NCBI GenBank assembly: GCA_022563455.1
Contig: JADFNI010000002.1
Span: forward strand, 1 to 51,790
DNA from: Nanobdellota archaeon
GTDB taxonomy: Archaea; Nanobdellota; Nanobdellia; Pacearchaeales; GW2011-AR1
Reading direction: 5' to 3'
DNA length: 51,790 nucleotides
Positions 30,701 through 37,387 of the stretch are shown here, in pieces; positions within the stretch are counted from its first letter, which is position 1; each line of letters starts with the position of its first letter. A program made the translations under genes and the position numbers. The notes below the pieces were generated by a model that saw only the letters and a program-made list of their open reading frames with translations, had not been told where the DNA came from and ran no database searches.

Positions 30701-30749
30701 TTGGTGGTTAATTGTTATGAGGAAAGGAAGTGAGGGGATGAAAGGATGA
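18747..30749 (+). CDS. Giant (~4,000 aa) modular cell-surface protein. Order of parts: N-terminal TM/signal anchor, 4 LamG (concanavalin-A-like lectin) modules, Ig-like domains, ~12 copies of a ~98-aa Ig-like repeat (one carrying a cupredoxin-like insert), a Cys/Glu-rich module, further beta-sandwich domains, a shared C-terminal anchor module and a TM
   Basis: Single uninterrupted 12-kb ORF. ATG 18747 has GGAGG 11 nt upstream; the track start is TTG 18729. Hydrophobic IGFLVVVLFAIIGFVYLVSA near the N-terminus. LamG modules each contain GGYDGKGAYEFDG...W.H......IY.NG.....FNG.IDEV.VFNRALSAEQI. C-terminal TM LTGIAGIILVIGLAWWLIV. Confidence 0.9.
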   Translation: MFVGWKHKLNLKKGGAEGLCLRLAGAGFFRGKKGDIDVNKIGFLVVVLFAIIGFVYLVSALQEITTVTLNSTSGTNLTTENLTAYVSPLNSSQKYIYDWKKGGSSIAVLNMPMDGGALGSGGTVRDYSDGANNGTINGATYNATGGYDGKGAYELDGITANNQHILTSVDLVNTSATFSAWMNIRSDRSGSIIGSSGGQAQWKTGLYIRAGATDDVVVWGCDVVNGIPFDVAANLNTWHHFAAVYDYSAKSVRLFHDGNYVTTDTCILRDINMIDLTIGRGVGDLFNGTLDEVLVFNKTLSDEQVKALYDNRTDLIVSQETTAGDIWQVEATPNDGIEDGTSVLSGNLTISSQPPTIDSVILNSTSENNLTSENLTVYSINVSDPENDSVKVIYDWKKDSSSIAVLNMPFEGGSNGTFTKDYSDSSNNGTVINGTTYNAIGGYDGKGAYEFDGVDDFIDLGDPVDGSLDFGASDSFTISVWIKPDTINNYQRIVDKHQSVNPGYMLVKSSDKAHFYTGSSLTGLTSLVAGQWYHIVSVRDKSAGVIRIYLNGVEDATPVTDTSGDLSNTKSLNIGRNGAGIQNFNGTIDEVMIFNRALSAEQILALYNNRTDLIVSSETTFNDVWSVEATPNDGSADGVSVLSNNVTILQALDTVILNSTLGTNLTTENLTAYPNSLADGKVIYNWKKDGSSIVVLNMPFEGGTLAEGNTKVKDYSDGSNNGSVIGAIYQSTGGRDGKGAYNFSAVDSGQIVIAPNSVLDFGKSSFSVSFWMKSASCPSSEQIVGKSVISRGWAVKVQGGGIMFITSDNANDFDQTATSTNPCDNSWHHIVAVRTDEGRKRIYIDSVNSLDYIVGVIRNVTQPTGNFTIGGVGTTDFNGLVDEVMVFNRALSAEQIQAMYNNRTDLIVSQETRGGETWEVEATPNDGTSDGTSVLSNSLTIELPSIDAVILNSTSGTNLTNENLTAYAINLSNIFDGKVIYDWKKDSSSIAIVNMPFDGGTLAEGNTKVKDYSDFGNNGTVNGSTYNATGGYDGRGAYEFDGVDDYIDLGDPADGSLDFGASDSFTISAWIKPDDITVYQRIVDKHGGVNPGYILAKSSSGRAEFYTGTAIVGSTNLVAGQWYHIVGVRDKSAGVTRIYLNGVEDATPLIDTSADLSNTKSLNIGRNSGGSQHFNGSIDEVMVFNRALSAEQILALYNNRTDLIVSQETNVSDVWSVSATPNDGTSDGASVLSNSLTIAAIGVNFTDPTPANATSISVNNTLINVSISGSLDQAIFNWNGTNYTCYNNLTCGGTSDTVLTLTNASLVDWNLLVNKTNLTNATYTYFAFANETGGETAQTETRFLTVDTAQPVVSLVSPINGANFAAAPSNITFTCNATNTALANITLYHNIGGSFIANQTINITGTFNQTNFTVNNVASGTYTWNCLASNTVGNNAFAPANFTFIVGITLPIYTNFNLTYGTTNFSAVSNISNVTGMVLGTQYGKIEWPSTYSVNAKGQDYDINVEVGEVFISANTSGLHSTFDALTNITLQNADCSNATVYYGNNVYTSRQDIIIENNVCNATTSPSCTNIACSANTLTFTASGFSGFASNAFSNLTIWDENDANMPFANFSRNVNENVSFFVNYTNISSEIILNANCQIAINDTAIVNNMTYNSSISLYNYKRTFNSTGIFDWDVTCNKTGFGTLTTNDTISINDVTIPSVFDLLPISNSTFNVSDVIEIAANVTDNLAVDIVLANITLPNGTINQLTLVNTSVITNNVTDKFNVSFVIPNVTGQYNITFIANDSSGNVNSTETTFFVGEDETSPSVFDLVPTENSTFNVTDVIEIGANVTDTFGVDVVLANVTLPNGTVEQLLLSNVSDFYNNSFTIPALLGQYNITFIANDTSGNVNSTETTFFVGEDGTSPSVFDLVPVENSTYNVSQVIEIGANVTDNIAVDIVLVNITLPNGTINQLILNNVSIISNDANDTYNNSFIIPNITGQYNITFIVNDTSNNINSTETTFFVGEDIVVPSVFDLIPVANSTFNVSDIIQIGANATDNVAIDIAFANVTLPNGTIQRVDLNTSYLGEVASNDKTVFTVVVEAKNSSHPQNGVGDANGYKVDGVQGKELVLLRGATYNFSVTSGGTHPFYIGTSLVGQGAGALTSQVSDGILSFTPNATTPDLVYYACGVHANMGWQIKIVDSFEIPALVGQYNVTFVVNDTSGNVNNTETTFFVGQDIVAPNVVDLIPFSNSTFNQTFTVNTSMEISANVTDNVFVDAVLVNITLPNGTINQLTLANVSVIINNVIGKFNASFNVPLLAGRYNITFIANDTSGNVNSTETTFFVGGDGTAPSVFDLVPIANSTFNVSDTIEIGANVTDNIAVGIVLANITLPNGTSQLLTLSNVSVITGNNTDRFNDSFVIPNMTGQYNITFIANDTSGNINSTETTFFVGQDVVAPNVVDLRPLANTTYNVSQVIEIGANVTDDIAVDTVLANVTLPNGTVEELILSNVSDFYNSSFTIPSLVGQYNITFIANDSSNNINSTETTFFVGIDVVAPNVVDLKPVANSTFNVSDVIEISANVSDNIAVDTITINITLPNTTVQQFSLQNVSVVINNVSDKYNISYTIPALLGQYNITFIANDTFNNLNITETTFFVGVDNIPPTFTNVSCVPNPTGINSTIDCNATITDNLAVGSIFANVTLPNSSVLVQGVSNVGENYTFRFNTTEEVGIYNVLWVANDSKGNSANATSSFEIMNPIIVILGCAPNPANISQSVECLTNITTGTSQSLDSVLANITLPNGTVLFPSVTNVSSIYNVTFSNTNLVGFYNVTWFANDSVGSISVKNESFRVIEFTKPSIFGLIPIANSTFNVSQTIEIAANATDDTEIASVSANITLPNGTVTQLILSNVSVVTNTSSDKYNASFLIPTVSGQYNITFIATDTSDNVNSSETTFFNTVSSFSVGNIQCSNDTANYFGCDTLSYGTNITHIRATCTNLAANIDEVRFTLFNEEDNVNYVNNVSSTFNVSEIFTYNSSFVLQDSGNWTLSVSCSSGGNLESSAVNFSLPFGNISIALLDPLADMSVLLNEFFTFSANVTCVGGECGVVNVTLDPEEVICSEVETCENVSNMNCINETTKSCETVCNNQTVIDCTSTIDEICIDVCIEYETINGTSGDCLSYAPQCDNVTSEICNETVTEVCEKINCTKEVVENCTEIIEESCTVEEVCTTIEFDEESSVEMGSIEIILNSSIGDAKIVLDQNVTVLNKELIITGELGLGISTASVEDKEFTYRTPILAVELENDTGAMVTLPKYLEDDLEVIIKCDDWNFTGERCSSEWYVYATVDELEQNIDSVTFAADSFSAYAGGDVTGGDTAFLIIWDENDIGMPNSVADTTSVRIVNENATFYADYKIATNATSISDGTCTIDINGTSNNMIYSSGYYNYVRNMTVEGAYGYTISCTSNTYTDLNASDSIVIGKLSNETKGAISTIVGDIPFYTTSNNPFVTSNLYGGGNEVVSWNVNATGVLNKVYDFFIELIGTYVPLTNSTHVNIGITANDTTSPVFISRTISPAAVINGSSAIINADVSDNIQVDEVWANVTLPDNSTEVITAGSLPYNFTNTSLIGIYNVTFYANDTSGNNATTTKTFEVALPLNLTMNVSVDVNVSVNVSTNVNFIAYVAGTKDIIEERLNITGSESVQLPNVPVDLFFDATFNNSNLLTTLFEINLSDNENTSVTFGNPTVAGFLVTYGIETDFNFTNAQSEFSYSGTSFTIESNLQLHKCDNFAIGSGTCVGGFNDITSSAQQDTVNDKFIYNTTSFSGFGIVEFTATTTPESDSEGEGGGGGALVILAKEEVEAVEALPEQLFDITFNLDDTTIQNIGELSGILTFESFGTVPTPVDLTFTILDAAGREVYREKGNITVTTEEILRWNYEERGLGALVDGKYVAVLTTLYNVDVKDEFRIEFEIGTEKGFFSLITGNAIKWIGGNGKWWLTGIAGIILVIGLAWWLIVMRKGSEGMKG
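18940..22465 (+). repeat. Four tandem ~880-nt coding modules (LamG domain plus the conserved NRTDLIVSQET..GD.W.VEATPNDG..DG.SVLSN.LTI tail)
   Basis: Modules start near 18940, 19810, 20700 and 21582, each opening with V(I/T)LNST.G.NLT.ENLT.Y. Modules 2 and 4 are near-identical at the DNA level. A fifth copy is in the next gene (~32695..33590). Confidence 0.85.
23838..27555 (+). repeat. Array of 11 tandem ~290-310-nt coding repeats (Ig-like ~98-aa units); a 12th divergent copy lies at ~29350..29640
   Basis: Recurrent P(S/N)V(F/V)DL.P..NSTFNVS..IEI.ANVTDN.AVD.VLANITLPNGT......GQYNITFIANDTSGNVNSTETTFFVG.D. Confidence 0.85.
24927..25297 (+). other. Cupredoxin-like (type-1 copper site-like) ~123-aa domain inserted into Ig-like repeat 4
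   Basis: The repeat is split. Its first half ends ..ANVTLPNGTIQRV and its second half resumes FEIPALVGQYNVTFVVNDTSGNVNNTETTFFVG. The insert contains GGTHPFYIGT (His codon 25128-30) and LVYYACGVHANMGWQIKIV (Cys 25251-53, His 25260-62, Met 25269-71), a C-x2-H-x2-M spacing. Confidence 0.5.
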
Positions 30750-30760
30750 AAGGATGAAAA

Positions 30761-33700
30761 ATGATGAACAAAGATATAAGGAGGATTGGAGTTTTCGCAA
30801 TTTCTCTGGTTGTAATAATGGCATTTTCTTCTGCTAGTAATTTTACAGAAGGAATTGTAGAAGGATGTGAAGTAGTTGAGACTTGCGAGGATGTGCTTGT
30901 TGGCGTTTTGTGTGTGAATAAGACTATAGAGACTTGTGAGGACGTTTGTAGTATTGAGGTTGTCTCTTTATGTCACGAGAAAATTAGTGAAGTATGTGAG
31001 GACGTTTGTTTCGAAACTTGTGAAAATATAGAGAATTGTGAAACCCAATGTAGTGGAGAGGGAGCAGAAGGGGAAGAGATTTGTGGAGAAGTTTGTGAAA
31101 CTGAATCGGTTTGTGAAGAAGTTTGTAGTGAGCAATGTAATGAAGTGATTAATGAGATTTGTAAGGATGCCCAGAAAAAGATTTGTGAACATATCAATTG
31201 TTTCGAGGAATTTATTGAAAGTTGCGACGGTGTTATTGAGCAAAAGGAATGTGTAAGTGAAACTATTTGTAATGTTCCAAATGCTAGAAGTGTTAATAAT
31301 GAAAATGAATCAGATAGGACTTCTCTTAGGAGATCAGACTTGATTAAAACAACTCTAGATCTTATTATGGATAAAATTGAGTCTTTTGTTGAGAGCATTG
31401 TTACACTTAGTGCTACTTTAGTTGATGGAAATAATACGCCAGTTTCTGATAAAAAAATAGAGTTTTATTCTTATGAGACAATTATTGGAAGTGAGTTTAC
31501 AAATATGGATGGTATCGCGAAGATTGATTGGAACACATCCCTGTTTCAAATTGGAGTGTATCGTGTTAGTGCGAGATTTTCAGAAGATAGATTATTCGAG
31601 AATTCTTCTATGAGTTTAAATATTTTAATTGAGAATTTTGATGGTTCTAATAAATATAAATATTCTAACTATTCTGAGGTCAATGAAAGTTTGAGGCTTA
31701 TTAATAACAATAACAATAACAATAACATAACTTTGAATAATATAAATAATATAACTAATAATATAACTTTGAACGTAACCATTACAAACGAAACTGGATC
31801 ATTTTATTGGAATCATGAAATTGTTAATGAATATGGAGATGTTAATGAGAGTGTTAGGGTTAGATTAAAAGTTCCAAAGAGGTTAAAGCAGATAACTGAT
31901 GAGATTGATTTTGAGAAAATTAAGTCAAATAATACTCGTGATAAAGAAAAAGTTAGGCTATTAAAAGAGATTTTAGAAGAAGAATTAGAATTTGAATATG
32001 AGAAAGTCGAGTTTATTTCTGAAATTAGCGCAATTGAAAAAATTGAATTTAACGATTTGGAAATAATTGACTATACAATCTCTTTAGGTATTGAAGAGGT
32101 AAATGATTCTAATTTTGTTCAGAGTTATGCAATTGATCCCTCTCAACTGAACTTTACAGATGCTGTGGTTACTGTAATTGCTAAGGGTACAGAGTTGTAT
32201 AAATGTAAGGACTGGAATTTTTCTTTGGGGGAGTGTTATGGAGAATGGAAGCTTTTTAAGACAGGATTAGTTCTTGGAGAGGAATATTCATTTATCTTAA
32301 CTGCGAATGATCCTGGATTTGGAGAGATTATTGCTATTGATGCTGTACATTTAGATTCTAATTATAGTTTTATTTCTAATGTTTTTGAAGAAGTTAGGGA
32401 GAAAGATAATTTTTGGTCGGAGACTATTTCTGATGAGCACTATGTGAGAGTTACTTATGAAAAAAACTTGACTAATGGAAATGTTATTGATGTTTTTGTT
32501 AGAGGTGGTGGAGGATTTGAAGTTTATGAAAAAGACAAAAATTTAAGTTTGGGAAGTTCTAGCGAGATTGATTCTTTTAACGGTGAGTGGAAATATATTA
32601 CTTTGGAAAATGTGGTTGGATCCAGTGATATTTTTGATTTTAAGATTAGTGGAAGTTTGGAATTTGATTATATCCATGATGCTCCACCTAATTTAACTTC
32701 AGTTGTTTTGAATTCAACTCTTGGAACAAATTTAACAACAGAAGATTTGACTGTTTATACAGATCAGGATGATAATAGTTCTTTGAAGTTGATTTACAAC
32801 TGGAAAAGAAATAGCAGTTTTATTACTGTTTTGAACATGCCTTTTGAGGGGGGGAGTAATTCAACTTTTACAAAAGATTATTCTGATAATGCAAATAATG
32901 CAACTGGTTTTAATGGTTCTTTATGGCAATCTAATGGGGGATATGATGGCAAAGGGACATATAAATTTAATAGAAGTGCAGAGACTTATTTTTCAGTTCC
33001 TGATTTTGCTTATTCAGATAATTTTACAATTAGTTTTTGGGTTAAAATTCCGGCACTTTCAGGATCATCTTGGCATTATGTATATAGCCATGGTACATGG
33101 AATTCATTTAATAATGTAAGAATTTATTTTGCAGAATCAAATGGAAATTTATTTGCACAGATGAGGGATTCTGATGATGATGCTGCAATGAGTTTGATCA
33201 AAGGAGGTCTTGACGATGGAAATTGGCATTTTATAACTTTAACTGTTGGGCAAGGCATAGGGGCTGCATTTTATGTTGATGGTGTTTTCGATAGTTCAAA
33301 TAATACAGTTGGCACAGACGCCTTTAATCCTGGAACAGATCTTTTTATTGCAAAAAGGAGTGATTTAGCTAATAGATATTTTAATGGCTGGGTTGATGAT
33401 TTAAGAGTTCATAATAGTATATTATCTTTGGACCAAATTATTTTATTAAATAATTCTCAACCTAATAAAATACATTCAAGTGAAACTTCTGTTGGAGATG
33501 TTTGGCAATCATGTGTAATTCCCAATGATGGAATTGAAGATGGAAATAAAGTTTGTAGTAATAATTTAACTATTTTAAGTCCTTCTTCGGGAAGTGTTTC
33601 TATCAGGATTATCCAGAGTAGTGATGATGCTGAGGAGGCAGTTGATGGTCCTTTTGTTGGAGATACTGAAATTGATAGTAGCGATTTGGAGATGATTGAA

Positions 33701-35758
33701 GACTTGGATTTTCAAGAGGGTAATCAAACAATAGGATTAAGGTTCCAAAATGTTGAAATTCCACAGGGCGCTGTTATAGATAATGCTTATATTGAGTTTG
33801 AAGTTGATGAAACAAATACTGTTACTACAAATTTAAGAATTTATGGTGAAGATGAAGATAATCCTGCCACATTTTTTAATGTTGATAATAACATAACACC
33901 AAGAACAAAAACTACTGCTTTTGCTTCCTGGGATAATATTCCTGCTTGGAATACTGTAAGTGAGAAACAACAAACCGTTGACATTAGCAATGTTGTTAAG
34001 GAGATAGTGGACAGATCTGGATGGTCTTCTGGAAATTCGATGGTATTTATTATTAATGGAACAGGTAAAAGAGTGGCCGAAGCATGGGATGGAGAGTCTG
34101 CGAATGCTCCTTTGTTAATTGTTAATTGGACTACGGTTTCTGACGACCCTGTTGTAAGTTTAAATTCTCCTGCAAATAGTGTTGTTCTTAATTCTTCACA
34201 GGTGGCTTTCAATTGTTCAGCTACAGATAATAATGGATTGCAAAATATGACTCTTTATTTATCTGAATCTAATGGTTCTAATGGTTCTGTTGAGTATCTT
34301 TCAAATTATTCTGTCTGGAAATACAATGACAGCAATATTTATCCTGCTGCTGATTGGTTCAATGAGGGTTTTGACGATTCTTCTTGGCCTAATGGTGCTG
34401 CGAGAATTGGTGTTGAGACTGTTAGTGGTTGGTTAAATACTACTTTGGATGGTGGAGGGGATACTTATCCTTCATATTATTTTAGAACTACATTTAATGT
34501 TAATTCTGTTTTAGATGTAATTAATATGTCATTTAATATTGATTATGATGATGGTTATGTTGTTTATTTGAATGGTTATGAGATAAACAGAAGTAATAGT
34601 ACTATAGGGGTTGATGAAACAAATCATTCTGCTTTAACTACTGCAACGCATAACTGGGCATGTGATGGAGACACTCCTCCTACTTGTACTCCTGGAGGAA
34701 ACAGTGATCCAGTTTGGCCAAAAATCACTCTTAATTCAACACATCTTAATTATCTTAATGACGGCGAAAATACTTTAGCTGTTTTAATTAAACAGAGAAC
34801 TGTAGCTAGCAGTGATTCTATGCTTATGCTTAATCTTTATGGTTATGAGCGACAGTATCCTGATTTACAGGCAAATGAAACTAAAAATATTTCTGGAACA
34901 AGCAATGAAAGTATTTTTACATTGAATCTGAATAACAGTTATTATTCCTGGAACTGCCTTGCTTATGATTCTTCTGGAAATAGTGATTGGGGAGATAGCA
35001 ACAGAAGTTTGAAGGTTAATTCTTCAAATAACTCTCCGCAAATAACTCAGATCCAACCTATTGGTGCTATAACATTATCCCAGTTTACTACAAAAAATGT
35101 AAATATTTTATTTAATGTTACAGATACAGACGGCTTTACTGATTTGAATGATTCAAAATCATGGTGTGCTTTAACTAAATCAGGAGAAGCGACAAGAAAC
35201 TCAACATCTTGTACTGCTCAAAATCAATCTGGAAATGATTTAGTTTATAATTGTTCTTTGGATATGCAGTTCTATGATGATGCTGGAATATGGAATGTAA
35301 CCTGTTTTGCAGAGGATATTAATGGAGCAAGTGATACTAATAATACAGAAACAGCAACGGTGAATGCTTTGAATTATGTAACTCAGAATTTATTAGATCT
35401 AAATTGGTCAAGTTTAACTCCTGGCAATAATAGTGAAGAGGCTCAATCTCCTCTGGTCTTTACTAATGGTGGTAATCAGAATTATCCTAACTTTAATATA
35501 AGTTCACAGAACGCTACCTTTAATTCAAACAAAATAACTCACGACCGATTTTTGGTTGATAATGAAACAAGCCAGTCATCTGGTCAGATTCCCTTGGCTG
35601 ATTCAGGAGTTATTTGGAATGATGGTTCTCTAACAAAATGTGTTTCTCCTTGCTCATCAAATAGTACTGAAGCTGCATATTTTTATGTTGATACTCCAAC
35701 AGGGATAATAGGAGGTGTTTATGCAAGCATTGCAAATTGGACAATCTTATTATCTTAA
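30761..35758 (+). CDS. 1,665-aa secreted modular protein. Order of parts: Sec-type signal peptide, Cys/Glu-rich module, Asn-rich low-complexity tract, one LamG module, an SSDDAEE-motif domain, Ig-like and W.Y..DDGYVVYLNG beta-sandwich domains, and a C-terminal domain paralogous to the next gene. No TM anchor
   Basis: Signal-like IGVFAISLVVIMAFSSASN. About 22 Cys between nt 30863 and 31273. The LamG module VVLNSTLGTNLTTEDLTVY..GGYDGKGTYKF..W.H..L.....AFYVDG. The C-terminal 240 aa align to the ORF 35844..36707. Confidence 0.9.
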   Translation: MMNKDIRRIGVFAISLVVIMAFSSASNFTEGIVEGCEVVETCEDVLVGVLCVNKTIETCEDVCSIEVVSLCHEKISEVCEDVCFETCENIENCETQCSGEGAEGEEICGEVCETESVCEEVCSEQCNEVINEICKDAQKKICEHINCFEEFIESCDGVIEQKECVSETICNVPNARSVNNENESDRTSLRRSDLIKTTLDLIMDKIESFVESIVTLSATLVDGNNTPVSDKKIEFYSYETIIGSEFTNMDGIAKIDWNTSLFQIGVYRVSARFSEDRLFENSSMSLNILIENFDGSNKYKYSNYSEVNESLRLINNNNNNNNITLNNINNITNNITLNVTITNETGSFYWNHEIVNEYGDVNESVRVRLKVPKRLKQITDEIDFEKIKSNNTRDKEKVRLLKEILEEELEFEYEKVEFISEISAIEKIEFNDLEIIDYTISLGIEEVNDSNFVQSYAIDPSQLNFTDAVVTVIAKGTELYKCKDWNFSLGECYGEWKLFKTGLVLGEEYSFILTANDPGFGEIIAIDAVHLDSNYSFISNVFEEVREKDNFWSETISDEHYVRVTYEKNLTNGNVIDVFVRGGGGFEVYEKDKNLSLGSSSEIDSFNGEWKYITLENVVGSSDIFDFKISGSLEFDYIHDAPPNLTSVVLNSTLGTNLTTEDLTVYTDQDDNSSLKLIYNWKRNSSFITVLNMPFEGGSNSTFTKDYSDNANNATGFNGSLWQSNGGYDGKGTYKFNRSAETYFSVPDFAYSDNFTISFWVKIPALSGSSWHYVYSHGTWNSFNNVRIYFAESNGNLFAQMRDSDDDAAMSLIKGGLDDGNWHFITLTVGQGIGAAFYVDGVFDSSNNTVGTDAFNPGTDLFIAKRSDLANRYFNGWVDDLRVHNSILSLDQIILLNNSQPNKIHSSETSVGDVWQSCVIPNDGIEDGNKVCSNNLTILSPSSGSVSIRIIQSSDDAEEAVDGPFVGDTEIDSSDLEMIEDLDFQEGNQTIGLRFQNVEIPQGAVIDNAYIEFEVDETNTVTTNLRIYGEDEDNPATFFNVDNNITPRTKTTAFASWDNIPAWNTVSEKQQTVDISNVVKEIVDRSGWSSGNSMVFIINGTGKRVAEAWDGESANAPLLIVNWTTVSDDPVVSLNSPANSVVLNSSQVAFNCSATDNNGLQNMTLYLSESNGSNGSVEYLSNYSVWKYNDSNIYPAADWFNEGFDDSSWPNGAARIGVETVSGWLNTTLDGGGDTYPSYYFRTTFNVNSVLDVINMSFNIDYDDGYVVYLNGYEINRSNSTIGVDETNHSALTTATHNWACDGDTPPTCTPGGNSDPVWPKITLNSTHLNYLNDGENTLAVLIKQRTVASSDSMLMLNLYGYERQYPDLQANETKNISGTSNESIFTLNLNNSYYSWNCLAYDSSGNSDWGDSNRSLKVNSSNNSPQITQIQPIGAITLSQFTTKNVNILFNVTDTDGFTDLNDSKSWCALTKSGEATRNSTSCTAQNQSGNDLVYNCSLDMQFYDDAGIWNVTCFAEDINGASDTNNTETATVNALNYVTQNLLDLNWSSLTPGNNSEEAQSPLVFTNGGNQNYPNFNISSQNATFNSNKITHDRFLVDNETSQSSGQIPLADSGVIWNDGSLTKCVSPCSSNSTEAAYFYVDTPTGIIGGVYASIANWTILLS

Positions 35759-35843
35759 AAGGAGAAAAGTGAAAACAAATCAAAGATTTTCATTCACACA
35801 AATGTGGATGAAGGTTAATTTTAATGAAAGGAGGTAAAAAGAC

Positions 35844-36707
35844 ATGAATAAAAAAGCAAGAAGTGTATTAGGAACTGTTTTGGTAGTTGCAACATTTATA
35901 TCTTTAATGATGTATTTTGTTGTAGCAGATACTGAGTGTACTGGTCAGGATTGTTCAGTGAGTACTTCTTTGAGCGTTGGAAATTCTGTACCAAATATAA
36001 CAAATGTTGAGGGTGGTCTTGATGTTACTTTAACTGAAGAGTCTTCAGTTACTAAGAATGTTACTTTCAATGTGACTGATAATAATGGCTTTGCTGATCT
36101 AAATGATTCAACAGCACAGTGCATTGGTTTTAAGACAGGAGAAGCTAATAGAACGTCTTCAAGTTGTACACCATTGACTCAAAGCGGAAATAATGCGTCT
36201 TATGATTGTGCAGTAGATTTTCAATATTTTGATGCAGCTGCTGCAGATTGGACGTGGAATTGTACCATATCAGATAATTCAGCCGCAAGTGCTACTAACG
36301 ATACTGTTAGTTTTACTATAAATAGCTTGAACTTTGTTGATGTAAACGTAACGACGGTTTCATGGGCTGTTGTTAATCCAAGTACAGACGATGAAGAGGC
36401 AGATGCTCCTATAAATCTTGACAATGGTGGAAACCAGAATTATGAGACAGCATTTGTAACAGCATACAACGCGACAGATGGAAGCAACGTTATTCCTGCA
36501 TCAGTGTTTTCTCTAAATAATTTGACAGGACAAACTGCAGGACAAACATATATGGTAGAAAACGTATCAACCAATATAACAAGTTTCTTCACATTGCCTC
36601 GTGGAAACGCGGCAAATGAAGATATATTTGTTTACGTAGACACGCCTGCTGTTCCTACTGGAAGCTACACTAGCACGAATAACTGGATAATAGAAATAAC
36701 TGCATAA
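35844..36707 (+). CDS. Secreted 287-aa protein, stand-alone paralog of the C-terminal domain of the 1,665-aa protein
   Basis: AGGAGG Shine-Dalgarno. Signal peptide ending VVA followed by DTECTGQDCSV. Alignable blocks: NVTDNNGFADLNDS..C......GEANRTSSSCT..QSGN...Y.C...QY/FYD.A..W.. and NGGNQNY.. and YVDTP...G.Y. Confidence 0.8.
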   Translation: MNKKARSVLGTVLVVATFISLMMYFVVADTECTGQDCSVSTSLSVGNSVPNITNVEGGLDVTLTEESSVTKNVTFNVTDNNGFADLNDSTAQCIGFKTGEANRTSSSCTPLTQSGNNASYDCAVDFQYFDAAAADWTWNCTISDNSAASATNDTVSFTINSLNFVDVNVTTVSWAVVNPSTDDEEADAPINLDNGGNQNYETAFVTAYNATDGSNVIPASVFSLNNLTGQTAGQTYMVENVSTNITSFFTLPRGNAANEDIFVYVDTPAVPTGSYTSTNNWIIEITA

Positions 36708-36736
36708 GTGACAATAGACAAACTGCATAAGTTTGA

Positions 36737-36748
36737 TTTTTTATTTTT
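36737..36748 (+). terminator. Oligo-T tract (ttttttattttt) 30 nt after the stop, a possible archaeal-type terminator
   Basis: Read directly. It lies in one of the few >100-nt intergenic gaps in the island. Confidence 0.3.
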
Positions 36749-36832
36749 AAGTTAAGAAAGGATCTTAGGGTCTTGGTAGCTAGAGCTGTCCCCCCTGTAA
36801 GAGAAAACTAGAGTGAAAGGAGGTATTAAAGA

Positions 36833-37387
36833 ATGATAATAAATAAGAACATAAAATTGCAAGAACTAGTTGTTTTAGTTAGCTTGGCTTTTTTACTTTT
36901 GCCTAGTGTGAGTGCTTTTGCAAATACCTTTCTCGAGGATAAAACAATGCATCTTTGGAAAGGAGAAATAGGAAAGTATTGTATTTACTTACAGAATACT
37001 GGAGAAGAAGATATTGTACAAGTTATTAGGATTTTCGAAGGAGAGGAATATATAAGGAACCTGGATGAAATTGATGGAGAGTTTGATGTTTCTGTCGGGA
37101 CAATTAGTGATCAGTTGCCTATCTGTATGAAATTAAAATTACCTAGGAGTGTCGAAAGGGATGAGAAGTATGCTATAAGTTACGGAGTGGCAGGTTCCTC
37201 GTCTAATAATGAGGAAGGATTGGTGTCTTTTGCACCAATTCAAATAAGAGAAACATTCTATCTAACAGAAAGATTAGATGAAAAACCGCGTTCTAATACA
37301 ATTTACGTTGTTTCTGGACTGACACTAATTACTATTCTAGGGATAGGATATTACTACAGACGTAGGAGGAAGAAATTAAGAATATGA
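36833..37387 (+). CDS. Signal-peptide protein with a single beta-sandwich-like domain and a C-terminal TM anchor (Arg-rich tail)
   Basis: AGGAGG Shine-Dalgarno. Signal LVVLVSLAFLLLPSVSA. C-terminal IYVVSGLTLITILGIGYYY followed by RRRRKKLRI. The stop overlaps the next start (ATGA). Confidence 0.65.
   Translation: MIINKNIKLQELVVLVSLAFLLLPSVSAFANTFLEDKTMHLWKGEIGKYCIYLQNTGEEDIVQVIRIFEGEEYIRNLDEIDGEFDVSVGTISDQLPICMKLKLPRSVERDEKYAISYGVAGSSSNNEEGLVSFAPIQIRETFYLTERLDEKPRSNTIYVVSGLTLITILGIGYYYRRRRKKLRI

Noticed and set aside
30736-30759. GGATGAAA x3 tandem octamer spanning the stop of the 12-kb gene and the SD region of the next gene
   Set aside because: It is real in the sequence but short. It is most simply explained as a purine-rich SD/stop junction. 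I cannot argue for phase variation without population data.
30968-34212. Antisense or alternate-frame ORFs inside the 1,665-aa gene (30968..31243, 30973..31398, 32844..33119, 33841..34212)
   Set aside because: Same reasoning. The sense frame carries recognisable domains across these coordinates.
36698-36732. 12-nt direct duplication AACTGCATAAGT (36698..36709 and 36721..36732) including the stop codon of the 287-aa gene
   Set aside because: It is too short to interpret and is probably a small slippage duplication in the 3' UTR.
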